A DNA stretch of 64,000 bases from Eledone cirrhosa (Eukaryota): positions 2,480,001-2,544,000 of the forward strand of contig OZ024764.1 in assembly GCA_964016885.1 (NCBI GenBank), given 5' to 3'. Under the pieces are notes generated by a model. The model searched no databases. It was not told the origin of the DNA and saw only the letters and a program-made list of their open reading frames with translations. The position numbers were made by a program, and so were the translations under genes. Below, piece by piece: positions 63,633 to 64,000 of the stretch (position 1 is the first letter of the stretch; each line of letters opens with the position of its first letter).

Positions 63633-64000
63633 TTAAAGCTGTATATAGCTATGGTGCGGCCACACTTAGAATTTGCATCACCAGTCTGGAACCCCTATCT
63701 TGCTCAGAATATTGACCTCCTGGAAACTGTTCAGAGACGTGCAACCAAGTGAATACCCTCCATCAGGCATCTACCATACTCTGAACACCTTGCTTCCCTG
63801 GGCATGGATACATTGAAGCTCCGATGCCTGGCAACTGACCTGGTAAACACCCACAAAATTATTAACCATTTTGCCAACAACAACTCTGAGTACCTTTTTG
63901 ATTTCCATGTGTCTAACACACGTGGACATGCCTACAAAGTCAGAAAGCAGCACAGCTCCCATGACTTTCGCTAACATTTTTTCATGCTCAGAGTTGCTGA
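63633..64000 (+). mobile_element. CR1-clade LINE RT C-terminal fragment, degenerate
   Basis: LKLYIAMVRPHLEFASPVWNPYLAQNIDLLETVQRRATK*IPSIRHLPYSE. Confidence 0.85.

Overview
Repeat-rich, AT-rich metazoan genomic DNA, not prokaryotic; the SINE families, RTE LINEs and (AT)n/(AC)n tracts suggest a coleoid cephalopod such as Octopus (inference). Three protein-coding genes are supported. (1) The 5' coding exons of the splicing factor PRPF8 (- strand, ATG at 7051, continuing off the left edge). (2) An acyl-CoA thioesterase/BAAT-family gene with an uninterrupted CDS (+, 27203-28594). (3) The last five exons of CENPJ/SAS-4 (- strand, Tcp10/G-box domain, stop at 53816). The rest is satellites and minisatellites (27, 40, 48/49, 60, 65, 72, 78, 83, 84, 101, 104-108 and 116 bp units), two tRNA-derived SINE families, RTE/CR1/Tx1-like LINE fragments, a deleted mariner, a fold-back Merlin element, two Helitron-like elements and Penelope-like hairpins with minimal hammerhead ribozyme cores. 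Most long ORFs in the track are repeat artefacts. Best leads: a co-oriented cluster of about 20 paired-domain (Pax2/5/8-like) motifs with non-repetitive spacers at 52.0-52.9 kb; collinear inverted repeats bracketing the thioesterase CDS; and a piggyBac-like MITE that carries an expandable 72-bp satellite. Repeat boundaries are approximate and were read by eye.
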